Below are positions 9,932-21,222 of a DNA stretch of 64,000 bases, one piece after another (within the stretch, counting starts at the first letter, position 1; the number at the start of each line of letters is the position of its first letter). The stretch is from an uncultured SAR86 cluster bacterium (GTDB taxonomy: Bacteria > Pseudomonadota > Gammaproteobacteria > Magnimaribacterales > AG-339-G14): NCBI GenBank assembly GCA_902594855.1, contig CACJNS010000002.1, positions 18,003-82,002 on the forward strand, written 5' to 3'. The notes below the pieces were generated by a model, which saw nothing but the letters and a program-made list of their open reading frames with translations, did no database searches and was not told the origin of the DNA. The translations under genes and the position numbers were made by a program.

Positions 9932-9960
9932 TAGACTTATTAAGTACTCTTCATTATAGT
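9932..9960 (+). promoter_or_regulatory. sigma70-like promoter for carAB
   Basis: TAGACT (9932-9937), 17 nt, TATAGT (9955-9960). Confidence 0.6.
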
Positions 9961-9969
9961 GTCCTTCTA

Positions 9970-10017
9970 ATGCCAGTAGCATTAGAAATCATCCAAGACG
10001 CGAGACTAAAAATTTAG
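9970..10017 (+). CDS. putative carA leader peptide, 15 aa (MPVALEIIQDARLKI)
   Basis: ATG 9970 lies just after the predicted TSS; the stop TAG is inside the 3' arm of the terminator hairpin. Confidence 0.45.
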   Translation: MPVALEIIQDARLKI

Positions 10018-10033
10018 TGCCGCGTTTTTTTTT
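9995..10033 (+). terminator. intrinsic terminator/attenuator in the carA leader
   Basis: ACGCG/CGCGT and ACTAA/TTAGT stems, followed by a run of 9 T (10025-10033) ending 6 nt before the carA ATG. Confidence 0.65.
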
Positions 10034-10039
10034 GCCTAA

Positions 10040-11161
10040 ATGACAGAAAAAAAAGCATATTTATATCTAGATTCCGAAAGATTTTTTGAAGGTTTTTCCG
10101 TTGGGAAAAATGCTGATACTTGCGGAGAAGTCGTTTTTAATACTTCCATGTCTGGGTATCAGGAAATAATTTCCGATCCATCTTATACCGATCAAATTAT
10201 TAATTTTACTTACCCTCACATAGGTAACGTAGGAACTAATGATGATGATTTAGAGTCCGATTCAAACGGATGTAATGGGGTCATCATCAGAGATCCGCCA
10301 AAAATTACAAGTAATTGGAGAAAACAGGATGATTTATCAAACTTCCTAAAGACAAAAAATATTTCAGGTATTTATGGAATTGATACTAGAAAAGTCACTC
10401 GAATAATCAGAAACGAAGGTGCAAAAGTAGGTGCCATCGTTTCCGGCAAAGATCATAAAAAGAAAGCGCTTAAATTAATTGAAGAGTTTGTGCCTTTAGG
10501 TGGAAAAGATCTCGCCTCAGTTGTTTCAACGAAAAAAGTATACGAATGGAAAGAACCCTCTTGGAGGAAGGATTTCGATGATAATAATTTAAAAATAGTT
10601 GCGATCGATTTTGGAGTAAAGCACAACATTTTACGAATGCTTAAAGATAGAGGATTTCAGGTGATCGTGGTTCCAGCTAAAACAATTGCTGCAGAGATTA
10701 TTGCAATGAAGCCCGATGGAGTATTTCTTTCTAATGGACCTGGTGATCCTGAACCCTGCAAGTATGCAATTGAATGCATTAAGGAACTAAGGACAAAAAG
10801 AATTCCAATGTTCGGCATTTGTTTAGGCCATCAACTTTTAGGATTAGCTTTGGGAATGAAAACTATCAAAATGAAGTTTGGACATCATGGCGCTAACCAT
10901 CCAGTTAAAGACTTGGATTCAAATAGAGTTTTCATAACGAGCCAAAATCATGGATTTACCATTGATTCGAAATCAATTCCTGAGGATGTCAAAATTACAC
11001 ACCTGTCTTTATTTGATGAAACCATTCAAGGAATAGAAACATACGATAAAAGATGCTTCAGTTTCCAAGGACATCCCGAAGCCAGTCCCGGTCCCCAAGA
11101 AATACAAGAATTATTTGATAAATTTTTAACAGTAGTAAAAAGCAATGCCAAAAAGAAATGA
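10040..11161 (+). CDS. carA: carbamoyl-phosphate synthase small subunit
   Basis: [28 protein letters not shown] and [10 protein letters not shown] motifs. Confidence 0.98.
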   Translation: MTEKKAYLYLDSERFFEGFSVGKNADTCGEVVFNTSMSGYQEIISDPSYTDQIINFTYPHIGNVGTNDDDLESDSNGCNGVIIRDPPKITSNWRKQDDLSNFLKTKNISGIYGIDTRKVTRIIRNEGAKVGAIVSGKDHKKKALKLIEEFVPLGGKDLASVVSTKKVYEWKEPSWRKDFDDNNLKIVAIDFGVKHNILRMLKDRGFQVIVVPAKTIAAEIIAMKPDGVFLSNGPGDPEPCKYAIECIKELRTKRIPMFGICLGHQLLGLALGMKTIKMKFGHHGANHPVKDLDSNRVFITSQNHGFTIDSKSIPEDVKITHLSLFDETIQGIETYDKRCFSFQGHPEASPGPQEIQELFDKFLTVVKSNAKKK

Positions 11162-14100
11162 TTTAGATTCTATTTTGCTTATTGGAGCTGGTCCAATTGT
11201 GATTGGTCAGGCATGTGAATTTGATTACTCTGGTGTGCAAGCATGCAAAGCTCTTCGAGAAGAGGGATATAGAGTGATTTTGGTGAATTCTAATCCTGCA
11301 ACAATAATGACCGATCCTGAGACCGCTGACTCAACCTATATAGAACCTATTAATTGGAAGACATTAGAAAAGATAATCGAAAAAGAAAAACCATCAGCTC
11401 TTTTACCGACAATGGGAGGACAAACAGCCTTAAATACTGCTTTAGATCTAGATCAAAAGGGTATTTTGAAAAAACATAATGTCGAGTTGATAGGAGCCAC
11501 TAAAGAAGCTATCGATAAGGCAGAAGACAGAGAACTGTTTGCAAAAGCGATTAAAAAAATAGGTTTAAAGACTCCAAAAGCTGGATTAGCACATAATCTA
11601 GAGGAAGCACAAAAAATCCAACAGGAAATTGGTTTCCCTTGCATTCTTAGACCAAATTTCACTCTCGGCGGCATGGGCGGTGGAATAGCTTATAACTCTG
11701 AAGAATTCGAATCCATATGTTTAAGAGGTTTGGATTTATCGCCAACTTCTGAGCTATATATAGACCAGTATCTTTCGGGCTGGAAAGAATACGAAATGGA
11801 GGTTGTAAGGGATAAAGTGGATAACTGCATAATTATTTGTAGCATAGAAAACTTCGATCCTATGGGGGTGCATACAGGAGACTCCATTACTGTTGCACCT
11901 GCTCAAACGTTAACGGACAAGGAATATCAAGAAATGAGAAATGCTTCTTTTGCCATTCTCAGAGAAATAGGAGTGGAAACCGGCGGCTCAAATGTTCAGT
12001 TCGCTATAAATCCAGAAGATGGAGAAATGGTGGTTATTGAGATGAATCCAAGAGTCTCCAGGTCTTCAGCTCTAGCATCGAAAGCAACAGGATTTCCCAT
12101 AGCTAAAATCGCAGCAAAATTAGCTGTTGGGTTTACCTTAGATGAATTAAGTAATGATATCAGTGGAGGAAAAATTCCAGCTTCTTTCGAGCCAACTATT
12201 GATTATGTGGTGACTAAAATACCCAGATTTAACTTTGAAAAATTCCCTCAAGCTGATTCCACTCTAACTTCTCAAATGAAATCTGTTGGTGAAGTGATGG
12301 CGATAGGAAGTAATTTTGCGGAGTCATTACAAAAAGCTATAAGAGGAATGGAGAATGGAAAGACTGGTTTTGACAACATAGAGGAAGAACTAACAAAGAC
12401 TACTTTGAGATCAAAATTAATATCTCCTTCTCCTGAGAGACTTTGGTTTATTGGCGAAGCTTTTAGAGAAGGTAGTTCTCTGGAAGAAGTGCATGATTTA
12501 ACCAAAATAGATAAGTGGTTTCTTCAAACCATTGAGGAGATTATTTCTGCTGAGAAAAAAATAAATAAAAAATCTTTGTCTTCTAGAGATTTCTTTTTGA
12601 ATCTCAAAAAAATGGGTTTTTCTGATCAGCGTTTAGCAGCTCTTTCAGCTCAGTCAGAAGAAAAAATTAGATCTTTAAGACAGAAGCTAAATATTAAACC
12701 TGTCTTTAAGAGAGTTGATACATGTGCAGGAGAGTTTGAAACTACCACAGCTTATATGTACTCAACATATCAAGACGAATGTGAATCAAATCCAACTGAA
12801 GATAAAAAAGTAGTTGTTCTTGGAGGAGGGCCAAATAGGATCGGTCAGGGCATAGAGTTTGATTACTGCTGCGTTCATGCATCAATGGCAATGAAAGAAG
12901 AGGGGTATGAAACAATAATGATTAATTGTAATCCTGAAACTGTTTCCACTGACTACGATACTTCCGATAGATTGTATTTTGAACCAATTACTCTTGAAGA
13001 TGTTCTTGCAATAATTGAATTAGAAAATCCATATGGCGTAATCATTCAATTTGGAGGACAAACTCCATTAAAACTAGCACAAGAGCTAGAAAAAAATAAT
13101 GTCCCAATTCTTGGAACTTCACCAGATAAAATAGACCTTGCGGAGGACAGAGAAAGGTTTCAACAATTCGTTAATGAAAATAAATTAAAGCAGCCTCCAA
13201 ATGGGATGGCCTCAAATAAGTCTCAAGCTAAATCTATCGCACATCAAATTGGTTACCCTATAGTTGTAAGACCTTCATATGTCCTTGGCGGAAGAGCCAT
13301 GGAGATTGTGCATAACGATAATGATTTGGAAAAATATCTGGATGAAGCCATACAAGCTTCTGATTCTAACCCCGTACTTTTGGATAGATTTCTAGATATT
13401 GCCACTGAGTTGGATATTGAAGCGATATCCGATGGAAGCCAAGTTGAAATTTATGGAGTTATGCAACACATTGAGCAAGCAGGAATCCATTCAGGCGATT
13501 CAGCTTGTTCTCTTCCTCCTTACAGTCTCCCAGACAAAGTTATTAAGAAAATTAAGGAACAAGTGAAAGTCATTGCAAAGGAAATGGATATTATTGGATT
13601 AATGAACGTTCAAATGGCGTATGCCAACGAGGAAATATTTCTCTTAGAAGTTAACCCCAGAGCTTCAAGGACAATACCATTTGTTTCCAAGGCTATTGGA
13701 CTTCCTCTGGCAAAAATAGCTTCCAAGACAATGATTGGAAAGTCTCTTAAGCAACAAAAAATAAAAAATCCTTCAAATTTGAATCATTTTTCAGTTAAAG
13801 AAGCAGTACTTCCTTTTGATAGATTCCAAAACGTTGATCCTATTTTAGGCCCAGAAATGAAATCCACCGGGGAAGTAATGGGTATAGGTACATCATTTGC
13901 TGAGGCATACGATAAATCTCAAATCTCAGCCGGAACAATTATTCCAGATGGAGGGTCGGTATTTCTTAGCGTTAGAGAGAATGATAAACCTCATCTTGAA
14001 GAGCTCGCAACCAGGCTAGATCAATTGAACCTATCTATTGTGGCCACTAAGGGAACTGCTAGAGAGATTCAAAACATGGGGATTAAGGCAAGAATAATAA

Positions 14101-14348
14101 ATAAAGTAGCAGAGGGAAGACCACATGTTGTTGATTTAATTAAAAACAATGAAATTTCTTTGTTAATTAATACGACGGAAGGCAAAGAATCTATCCAAGA
14201 TTCTTCCTCTATCAGAAGAACTGCTCTAGATAATAAAATTCCATGTACGACAACTTTGCAAGGTGGTTTAGCCATATGCGAAGTCCTAGAAAAGAGACTT
14301 GATTGGTCCGTCCAAAACATTCAAGATATTCATAAAAGTATTGAATAA
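11145..14348 (+). CDS. carB: carbamoyl-phosphate synthase large subunit
   Basis: MPKRNDL...[10 protein letters not shown], two ATP-grasp halves and a C-terminal MGS domain. Confidence 0.99.
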   Translation: MPKRNDLDSILLIGAGPIVIGQACEFDYSGVQACKALREEGYRVILVNSNPATIMTDPETADSTYIEPINWKTLEKIIEKEKPSALLPTMGGQTALNTALDLDQKGILKKHNVELIGATKEAIDKAEDRELFAKAIKKIGLKTPKAGLAHNLEEAQKIQQEIGFPCILRPNFTLGGMGGGIAYNSEEFESICLRGLDLSPTSELYIDQYLSGWKEYEMEVVRDKVDNCIIICSIENFDPMGVHTGDSITVAPAQTLTDKEYQEMRNASFAILREIGVETGGSNVQFAINPEDGEMVVIEMNPRVSRSSALASKATGFPIAKIAAKLAVGFTLDELSNDISGGKIPASFEPTIDYVVTKIPRFNFEKFPQADSTLTSQMKSVGEVMAIGSNFAESLQKAIRGMENGKTGFDNIEEELTKTTLRSKLISPSPERLWFIGEAFREGSSLEEVHDLTKIDKWFLQTIEEIISAEKKINKKSLSSRDFFLNLKKMGFSDQRLAALSAQSEEKIRSLRQKLNIKPVFKRVDTCAGEFETTTAYMYSTYQDECESNPTEDKKVVVLGGGPNRIGQGIEFDYCCVHASMAMKEEGYETIMINCNPETVSTDYDTSDRLYFEPITLEDVLAIIELENPYGVIIQFGGQTPLKLAQELEKNNVPILGTSPDKIDLAEDRERFQQFVNENKLKQPPNGMASNKSQAKSIAHQIGYPIVVRPSYVLGGRAMEIVHNDNDLEKYLDEAIQASDSNPVLLDRFLDIATELDIEAISDGSQVEIYGVMQHIEQAGIHSGDSACSLPPYSLPDKVIKKIKEQVKVIAKEMDIIGLMNVQMAYANEEIFLLEVNPRASRTIPFVSKAIGLPLAKIASKTMIGKSLKQQKIKNPSNLNHFSVKEAVLPFDRFQNVDPILGPEMKSTGEVMGIGTSFAEAYDKSQISAGTIIPDGGSVFLSVRENDKPHLEELATRLDQLNLSIVATKGTAREIQNMGIKARIINKVAEGRPHVVDLIKNNEISLLINTTEGKESIQDSSSIRRTALDNKIPCTTTLQGGLAICEVLEKRLDWSVQNIQDIHKSIE

Positions 14349-14350
14349 AA

Positions 14351-14827
14351 TTGAACAGAGAGCCAATGACAGTCGAGGGAGAAGAAAGCCTTCGAACGGA
14401 ATTACAGCAACTAATTACGGATGTTAGACCAAACATTACCAAAAAAATTGCCGAAGCAAGAGAATTTGGCGATCTTAAAGAAAATGCTGAATATCATGCT
14501 GCCAAAGAACAGCAAGGTCTTACCGAAGCGAGGATAAGAGAAATTGAAGGAAAATTGAGTGCATCTCAAATTATAGATATCAAAAAAATTGAATGTACAG
14601 GTAGAGTCATTTTCGGATCTACGGTTTCCCTCTTGGATATGCAAAACGATGAAAAAATCAGCTATCAAATTGTAGGAGAGGATGAAGCAAACGTGAAAAA
14701 TGGAAAAATATCTTATTCTTCCCCTTTGGCAAGATCTCTCATTGGTAAAGAAGAAGGAGAAGCTACAAAATTTGAAAGTCCCTCCGGCATCAAAGAGTAT
14801 GAGATCCTAGAAGTTTTTCACATTTAA
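14351..14827 (+). CDS. greA: transcription elongation factor GreA (TTG start)
   Basis: [18 protein letters not shown] and [10 protein letters not shown] motifs. Confidence 0.97.
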   Translation: MNREPMTVEGEESLRTELQQLITDVRPNITKKIAEAREFGDLKENAEYHAAKEQQGLTEARIREIEGKLSASQIIDIKKIECTGRVIFGSTVSLLDMQNDEKISYQIVGEDEANVKNGKISYSSPLARSLIGKEEGEATKFESPSGIKEYEILEVFHI

Positions 14828-15400
14828 ATGTCATATTCAGCAGGCGAGCACTTTAATAAGCTTGCTAAGTCTAGAGGGTATAGATCGAGAGCAGCCTTTA
14901 AGCTTCATCAAATAAATAATAAATTCAATCTTCTCAAAAAGGGTTGCTCTGTTATGGACTTAGGCAGTTCTCCAGGCGGTTGGAGTCAAGTAGCAAGAGA
15001 ATTAGTAGGCAATTCAGGAAAAGTATTTGCTTTAGACATCATTCCAATGAAACCCATAAAAGGGGTTGAATTTATAGAATTCGATTTTAGGGATAAAGAT
15101 ATAAAGAAATTTATTAATCTTGATTTTAATGTTGTAATTTCTGATATTGCGCCCAATATAAGTGGTATAGCTATTACAGATAAAGAAAACATGCTTGAAC
15201 TATTAAATAATGTCGTTGATTTCTGTAACTCCTCTTTAATGAAAGGAGGTTCTCTGATAGCAAAATGTTTTGAAAATTCAAAAAATGATCTAAAAAGATC
15301 TTTATTAAACCACTTCAGTAACGTAACTTTTTATAAGCCAGATGCATCAAGAAAAACATCTAAAGAAATTTATGTTATTGCACAAAATAAATTGAAATAA
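14828..15400 (+). CDS. rlmE: 23S rRNA Um2552 methyltransferase
   Basis: YRSRAAFKL, DLGSSPGGWSQ, SDIAP and SKEIY (K-D-K-E tetrad). Confidence 0.95.
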   Translation: MSYSAGEHFNKLAKSRGYRSRAAFKLHQINNKFNLLKKGCSVMDLGSSPGGWSQVARELVGNSGKVFALDIIPMKPIKGVEFIEFDFRDKDIKKFINLDFNVVISDIAPNISGIAITDKENMLELLNNVVDFCNSSLMKGGSLIAKCFENSKNDLKRSLLNHFSNVTFYKPDASRKTSKEIYVIAQNKLK

Positions 15401-15403
15401 GTT

Positions 15404-17308
15404 ATGTCAGATTTTCTAAGAAATATTTTCCTTTGGTTGGCAATTGCTGGTACTACCTTTTTTGTTATTCAAAGTCTTTCGGGTCCAGCAACTTCATCTT
15501 CGATGAATTATTCTGAGTTTGTGTCTCTTGTAAATTCAGATCAAGTTTCATCAGTAGAGTTCAAAGGTGATGGATATACACTTGAAGGTACACTTCAAGA
15601 TGGCTCTCAATTTAAAACAACACGTCCTGTCTATGTGCAAGACAATCAATTGATGGATGATCTTTTCGAACATAGAGTACAAGTATTAGGTGAAGAGCCA
15701 CAACAAGAAAGCATTTGGACTCAATTGTTGGTTGCAAGTTTTCCAATTCTAATAATTATTGCAATTTTTATGTTTTTTATGAGGCAGATGCAAGGCGGAA
15801 TGGGCGGCAGAGGTGGCCCTATGAGCTTTGGTCGAAGTAAGGCTAAACTCCTTGAAGGTGGTAAAGTTAAAACTACATTTGCAGATGTTGCCGGGGTTGA
15901 AGAAGCAAAAGAGGAAGTGCAGGAATTAGTCGATTTCTTAAGAGATCCATCAAAATTTCAAAAATTAGGAGGAAAGATTCCTCGAGGAATTTTAATGGTT
16001 GGGTCTCCTGGAACAGGTAAAACTTTGTTAGCTCGTGCTATAGCAGGTGAAGCAAAAGTTCCTTTTTTCTCAATATCAGGGTCTGATTTTGTTGAAATGT
16101 TTGTTGGAGTTGGTGCTTCAAGAGTGAGAGACATGTTTGAGCAAGCTAAAAGACAGTCACCATGTATTGTGTTTATAGATGAGATCGATGCTGTTGGAAG
16201 ACATCGTGGTGCGGGTCTCGGAGGAGGGCATGATGAAAGAGAACAAACATTAAACCAACTACTTGTAGAGATGGATGGTTTTGAAGCTAATGAAGGAATT
16301 ATCATAATTGCTGCAACAAATAGACCTGATGTTCTAGACCCAGCTCTTTTAAGGCCTGGTAGATTTGATAGACAGGTTGTCGTTCCTTTGCCAGATATCA
16401 AAGGTAGAGAACAAATACTTAAAGTGCACATTCGAAAAGTGCCAGTAGATAAGGATGTTGAAGTATCCTTTATTGCAAGAGGTACCCCAGGATTTTCAGG
16501 TGCTGATTTAGCTAACTTAGTTAACGAAGCTGCTTTGTTTTCTGCTCGAGCAGGAAAAAAGAAAGTCACTATGGAAGAGCTTGAATTGGCTAAAGACAAA
16601 GTCATGATGGGTGCAGAAAGAAAGTCCATGGTTATGAATGAAGCCGATAAAATTAAAACGGCTTACCATGAATCTGGTCATGCAATTGTCGGAAGATTGC
16701 TTGAAGAACATGATCCAGTTTACAAAGTATCCATAATTCCACGAGGAAGAGCTTTAGGAGTGACTGTCTTTCTCCCTGAAGAGGATAAATACAGTAACAG
16801 CAAACAAGAAATTCTCGATAGAATTTGTGGTTTATTTGGTGGCAGGATTGCAGAAGAATTAATCTATGGTGATAAAGGCATTACCACTGGTGCTTCTAAT
16901 GACATTGAAAGAGCTACAGATTTAGCAAGAAACATGGTTACTAAATGGGGTTTATCAACTGCAATCGGACCAATGAAATACGACGAAGATTCAGACGAGC
17001 CCTTTCTAGGAAGATCGGCTAGTTCGCAATCTAAGGGAATTTCTGATCAAACTGCTGAGAAGATTGACAAAGAAATCAAGAAAATTATTGATGATTGTTA
17101 CAAAAGAGCAACCAAAATTCTTAAGGATAATATTGATAAACTTCATTTAATGTCTGAGTCTTTAGTCGAGCTTGAAACTCTTGATACAGCACAAATTGAT
17201 GACATTATGGCAGGGGCTAAACCAAGAAGAGAGTCAGATGATGATTCTGCTCCAAAGAATACTGGCAAAAAAAGCTCTTCTATAGAAGAACCTGTGAATC
17301 AAACTTAA
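15404..17308 (+). CDS. ftsH: ATP-dependent zinc metalloprotease FtsH
   Basis: Two TMs, Walker A GSPGTGKT, second region of homology, and HESGH zinc motif. Confidence 0.99.
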   Translation: MSDFLRNIFLWLAIAGTTFFVIQSLSGPATSSSMNYSEFVSLVNSDQVSSVEFKGDGYTLEGTLQDGSQFKTTRPVYVQDNQLMDDLFEHRVQVLGEEPQQESIWTQLLVASFPILIIIAIFMFFMRQMQGGMGGRGGPMSFGRSKAKLLEGGKVKTTFADVAGVEEAKEEVQELVDFLRDPSKFQKLGGKIPRGILMVGSPGTGKTLLARAIAGEAKVPFFSISGSDFVEMFVGVGASRVRDMFEQAKRQSPCIVFIDEIDAVGRHRGAGLGGGHDEREQTLNQLLVEMDGFEANEGIIIIAATNRPDVLDPALLRPGRFDRQVVVPLPDIKGREQILKVHIRKVPVDKDVEVSFIARGTPGFSGADLANLVNEAALFSARAGKKKVTMEELELAKDKVMMGAERKSMVMNEADKIKTAYHESGHAIVGRLLEEHDPVYKVSIIPRGRALGVTVFLPEEDKYSNSKQEILDRICGLFGGRIAEELIYGDKGITTGASNDIERATDLARNMVTKWGLSTAIGPMKYDEDSDEPFLGRSASSQSKGISDQTAEKIDKEIKKIIDDCYKRATKILKDNIDKLHLMSESLVELETLDTAQIDDIMAGAKPRRESDDDSAPKNTGKKSSSIEEPVNQT

Positions 17309-17309
17309 T

Positions 17310-18122
17310 ATGCCTTCTATATCTAGGAGCCTCATAAAAGAGTCTCCTAGAATAATGGGGGTAATAAATCTAACTACTGATTCATTTTCAGATGGTGGTC
17401 ATCTATTCTCTGGTAATAAAGTTGATTTATCGAAAGCTCATAGAAAAGTTGAAAAACTCATAAATGAAGGCGCCGATATTCTAGATTTTGGAGCCGAGTC
17501 TACAAGGCCAGGCTTCACTGAAATTCCTTCACAAGTCCAAATAGATAGATTGATACCGATACTAGAACAGATTAAGGACGAAGATATTTTGATCTCTGTT
17601 GATTCAAGGGATTATAAAGTTCTCTACGAAGCTTCTAAATTTGGAATGAAATTTATAAACGATGTATCAAAGAATATATCTCAAAAGAAGTTAAAGTTAG
17701 CAAAAGAAAAAGAACTTTTCATATGCACAACTCATCATGGAAATAAAACAAAAAAAACATCAAATATTCTTTTGGATGTAGATAACTTCTTTGAGGCTAA
17801 AGAAAAATCATATCTTTCGAAAGGCATAAATATTAAACAATGCTTTTTTGATCCCGGGTTTGGTTATGGGAAAACACCCCTGGAGAATATATTTATGATG
17901 ACTAATATAAATTTTTTCAAAAAAGAAAACAGGAAAATACTTACTGGCACTTCAAGGAAGAAATCTTTTGCAGATTTCTTTAAAGATACCTCAAAAACTA
18001 AACTATCAGCTAGCTTACTGAGTGGTATAATTTGTGCTCTTGGCGGGAGCAATATAATAAGAAGTCACGAAGTTAAACAACTTCGAGAGGAATTAGAAAA
18101 ATTAGGTATTTATGAGAGATAG
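17310..18122 (+). CDS. folP: dihydropteroate synthase
   Basis: NLTTDSFSDGG, GAESTRPG, DPGFG and SRK motifs; ftsH-folP-glmM order. Confidence 0.93.
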   Translation: MPSISRSLIKESPRIMGVINLTTDSFSDGGHLFSGNKVDLSKAHRKVEKLINEGADILDFGAESTRPGFTEIPSQVQIDRLIPILEQIKDEDILISVDSRDYKVLYEASKFGMKFINDVSKNISQKKLKLAKEKELFICTTHHGNKTKKTSNILLDVDNFFEAKEKSYLSKGINIKQCFFDPGFGYGKTPLENIFMMTNINFFKKENRKILTGTSRKKSFADFFKDTSKTKLSASLLSGIICALGGSNIIRSHEVKQLREELEKLGIYER

Positions 18123-19461
18123 AAAACTAATATTTTTTGGTACCGACGGCGTAAGGGGATCCATAGATAATGAAGTTAATCCAGAGTCAGTTCTAAAACT
18201 TGGCCATGCAGCAGGAAGACACTTCAAAAAAAGAGGAATCAACACTTTAGTAATCGGAAAAGACACCAGAATTTCCGGATACATGTTGGAGTCAGCACTT
18301 CAAGCTGGAATTATTTCATCTGGAGTAAATGTGCGATTAGTAGGCCCTATGCCCACACCTGCAATTTCATATCTTGTATCTACTTTCAAAGGACATGCTG
18401 GTGTGGTGATAAGTGCCTCACATAATTCATTTGAAGATAATGGCATTAAATTTTTTGATGAAAATGGAGAAAAGTTATCCATTGAAAATGAAAGAGAAAT
18501 AGAAAAATTTGCTGAAGAAGCTTATGAATTTGTGCATCCTGAAAATCTTGGCAAGGCGGCAAGGATTAGTGATGCAAAAGGTAGATACATTGAATTTTGT
18601 AAGAATACTTTAAGTGAAGATATTTCATTTTCAAGTTTAACTCTTGTTATTGACTCTGCTAATGGCGCCGCCTATGAAGTTGCACCTAAAGTTTTTAAAG
18701 AGCTAGGAGCCGAAGTTTATTCGATTGCCGATAGTCCGGATGGTTTAAATATTAATAAAGATTGCGGAAGCACCAACATAGATTTTTTAAAAAATGAAGT
18801 TTTAAACAGAAATGCAGATTTTGGCATTGCTCTTGATGGTGATGGAGATCGATTAATTATTATTGATTCATACGGTCGAGAATTAGATGGAGATGATATT
18901 TTATATGTCATCGCAAAAAATAAATTTGAGTCAAAAATACATCTTGGCGTTAAAGGAGTAGTTGGTACTCTTATGACAAACAAAGGGTTAGAGAGAGCTT
19001 TTAACGATGAGGGTATTGAGTTGGTGAGATCGGATGTTGGAGATAAGTATGTTTTACAAAAGCTAAATGAACTTAATTGGACTCTTGGAGGAGAACAGTC
19101 TGGACATATTCTTTGCCTAGATAAGTCAAATACTGGAGATGGAATAATCGCTGCAATTCAGTTTCTTCAATCTATAGTAGTTTTAAATAAAACAATACCC
19201 GAATTACTTTCAGAGTTTAAAAAATATCCTCAAATTCTTACCAATGTAAAAGTTAAGGATGGAAATAAAGTTTTAAAAAATAAAAAATTACAGAAAGCTC
19301 AAAAAAAATCAGAGGAGTTATTAGAATCTTTTGATGGCAGAGTGCTTATAAGAAAATCTGGTACAGAAAACAAGATTAGAATAATGGTTGAAAGTAATTC
19401 TCAAGAAGCAACTTCAGAGCAATCGGTTTTATTAACTGAACTTGTAGAATCAATTTCATGA
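18112..19461 (+). CDS. glmM: phosphoglucosamine mutase
   Basis: FGTDGVRG, ISASHN, DGDGDR, GGEQSGH and RKSGTE motifs. Confidence 0.96.
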   Translation: MRDRKLIFFGTDGVRGSIDNEVNPESVLKLGHAAGRHFKKRGINTLVIGKDTRISGYMLESALQAGIISSGVNVRLVGPMPTPAISYLVSTFKGHAGVVISASHNSFEDNGIKFFDENGEKLSIENEREIEKFAEEAYEFVHPENLGKAARISDAKGRYIEFCKNTLSEDISFSSLTLVIDSANGAAYEVAPKVFKELGAEVYSIADSPDGLNINKDCGSTNIDFLKNEVLNRNADFGIALDGDGDRLIIIDSYGRELDGDDILYVIAKNKFESKIHLGVKGVVGTLMTNKGLERAFNDEGIELVRSDVGDKYVLQKLNELNWTLGGEQSGHILCLDKSNTGDGIIAAIQFLQSIVVLNKTIPELLSEFKKYPQILTNVKVKDGNKVLKNKKLQKAQKKSEELLESFDGRVLIRKSGTENKIRIMVESNSQEATSEQSVLLTELVESIS

Positions 19462-20186
19462 AGCATTTAATTGCAAATTGGAAAATGAATTTTATTAATT
19501 CAGATGCATGGTTGAAAGATTTTGATCTAAATAATATCCCAAAAGAAATTCAGGTAGTAATTTGCCCCAATTACCTAGATATAGAAGATTTTTATGAAAT
19601 TTCATCTAAAACTCACGAAAAAATTTTAATCGGTGCTCAAAATTTGTCTTCAGAGATTCAAGGCGCATTTACTGGTCAAATATCTGGAAAAATGCTGAAA
19701 AAAATTGGAGCTTCTTACTCGATAGTTGGCCATTCTGAGTGTAGGCTTCAAGGCGAGGACGATGAAACTATTCTGAATAAAGTCCAAACTGCTATAGAGT
19801 GTGAGCTCATACCCATTTTGTGCATAGGTGAAAATCAAGAGGAATACTCCGAAGGTAGAACAGAAAATAAAATAAAACACCAATTAACTGAAAATTTATT
19901 TCCTCTTAAAAACTTATCAAAAAGTGTTCTGATTGCCTACGAACCCATTTACGCTATTGGCTCTGGAATAGCTGTCCAAAACGATCATTTGGAAGAAGTT
20001 TCTCTTCTTGTAAAAGATTTAGTTAGAGACAATTTAGGAATAGATTTAACATTGATTTATGGGGGCAGCGTAACTTCAGAGAGCGCTAAGAATCTTGTCG
20101 AAGTAGATGGAATCGATGGATTTTTAGTAGGAAATGCTTCTCTTGACCCTAAAGAATTTGCTAATATCGCGCTGAGTTTAGAGTAA
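19458..20186 (+). CDS. tpiA: triosephosphate isomerase
   Basis: NWKMN, GHSE, AYEPIYAIG and YGGSV motifs. Confidence 0.95.
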   Translation: MKHLIANWKMNFINSDAWLKDFDLNNIPKEIQVVICPNYLDIEDFYEISSKTHEKILIGAQNLSSEIQGAFTGQISGKMLKKIGASYSIVGHSECRLQGEDDETILNKVQTAIECELIPILCIGENQEEYSEGRTENKIKHQLTENLFPLKNLSKSVLIAYEPIYAIGSGIAVQNDHLEEVSLLVKDLVRDNLGIDLTLIYGGSVTSESAKNLVEVDGIDGFLVGNASLDPKEFANIALSLE

Positions 20187-20500
20187 TGATTCTTTTTTTG
20201 ATTATATTCCAAGTGATTTCCGCCATATTATTGGTTGGAATAATTTTGTTGCAGCACGGTAAAGGAGCCGATATTGGTTCTGCATTTGGATCTGGTTCTT
20301 CAAATCCAATGCTTGGCCCAATCGATTCAACTAATTTGTTGACAAAAGTTACTTGGGTTTTAGTAGCTATATTCTTTGTTGTAACTATTTCTATATCAAT
20401 AGTTCAAAAAAATGAAATAAATAATGAATTTGATTTTCTTATTGATCAAAATAATATTGAACAGATTGAAGAAGAAATCATTCAAGAATTACCAGAATAA
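20186..20500 (+). CDS. secG: preprotein translocase subunit SecG
   Basis: ILLQHGKGADIGSAFGSG; tpiA-secG-tRNA-Leu order. Confidence 0.95.
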   Translation: MILFLIIFQVISAILLVGIILLQHGKGADIGSAFGSGSSNPMLGPIDSTNLLTKVTWVLVAIFFVVTISISIVQKNEINNEFDFLIDQNNIEQIEEEIIQELPE

Positions 20501-20502
20501 GG

Positions 20503-20589
20503 GCCGAAGTGGTGGAACTGGTAGACACGCTATCTTGAGGGGGTAGTGGACAACTGTCCGTGGAGGTTCGAATCCTCTCTTCGGCACCA
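20503..20589 (+). tRNA. tRNA-Leu(GAG)
   Basis: GCCGAAG/CTTCGGC acceptor stem, CTATC-TTGAGGG-GGTAG anticodon arm, long variable arm, encoded CCA. Confidence 0.97.
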
Positions 20590-20595
20590 ATTTAC

Positions 20596-20630
20596 TTGAA
20601 AAACAAGCTTTAAAAACCTATACTCGCGCA
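20596..20630 (+). promoter_or_regulatory. sigma70 promoter with GC-rich discriminator for tRNA-fMet-rimP-nusA-infB
   Basis: TTGAAA (20596-20601), 17 nt, TATACT (20619-20624), then CGCGCA. Confidence 0.75.
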
Positions 20631-20642
20631 GTTTAAGAATAT

Positions 20643-20719
<77 letters not shown>

Positions 20720-20725
20720 TTTTTT

Positions 20726-20747
20726 GGGCCCTTTATGGGCTTCTTTT
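20726..20747 (+). terminator. hairpin plus U-rich tail between tRNA-fMet and rimP (partial terminator/rimP leader)
   Basis: GGGCCC-TTTAT-GGGCTT followed by CTTTT. Confidence 0.5.
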
Positions 20748-20751
20748 ATAT

Positions 20752-21222
20752 GTGGTTATGACAAGTACGATAGAAAAGTTAGAAACAAACATTACAAAAG
20801 ATATTGAATCTTTTGGTCTTTCTCTTTGGGGGATTGAATTATCAGGGAATTCAAGATCAAAATTAATAAGGATTTTTATAGATAAAAAAAATGGCGTTGA
20901 CATAAATGACTGCCAGAAAGTTAGCAATCAAGTGAATGAATTACTCACCAATGTAGTGCTTGTGTCATTTGATTATACTTTAGAAGTATCTTCGCCAGGA
21001 CTTGATAGAAAATTCTTTAAATTAGAGCAATTTCATGAATTTATTGGACATGAGATTAAAATTAAATTTTATGACGGAAACAAAAAAGTAACCAAAATTG
21101 CTTTATTGCTAAATGCCAACGAGGAAGGTATTTTTTTGAAAGATGAAAATGAATTCTTTATTAATTTTGACAAAGTTATAGTCGCAAGACTTGAACCAAT
21201 TTTCGAGGTATCAAATGAATAA
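20752..21222 (+). CDS. rimP: ribosome maturation factor RimP
   Basis: IRIFIDKKNGVDINDCQKVS and YTLEVSSPGLDR motifs; start GTG 20752 or ATG 20758. Confidence 0.95.
   Translation: MVMTSTIEKLETNITKDIESFGLSLWGIELSGNSRSKLIRIFIDKKNGVDINDCQKVSNQVNELLTNVVLVSFDYTLEVSSPGLDRKFFKLEQFHEFIGHEIKIKFYDGNKKVTKIALLLNANEEGIFLKDENEFFINFDKVIVARLEPIFEVSNE

Noticed and set aside
15958-16629. 223-aa antisense ORF inside ftsH
   Set aside because: Lies wholly opposite a highly conserved gene, is Ser/Thr/Pro-rich and has no motif; a typical shadow ORF.
17310-20186. Possible decay of folP and tpiA (substitutions such as TTDSF, GHSECR and VGNASL)
   Set aside because: Frames are intact and the key catalytic residues are kept; this fits fast AT-biased evolution.
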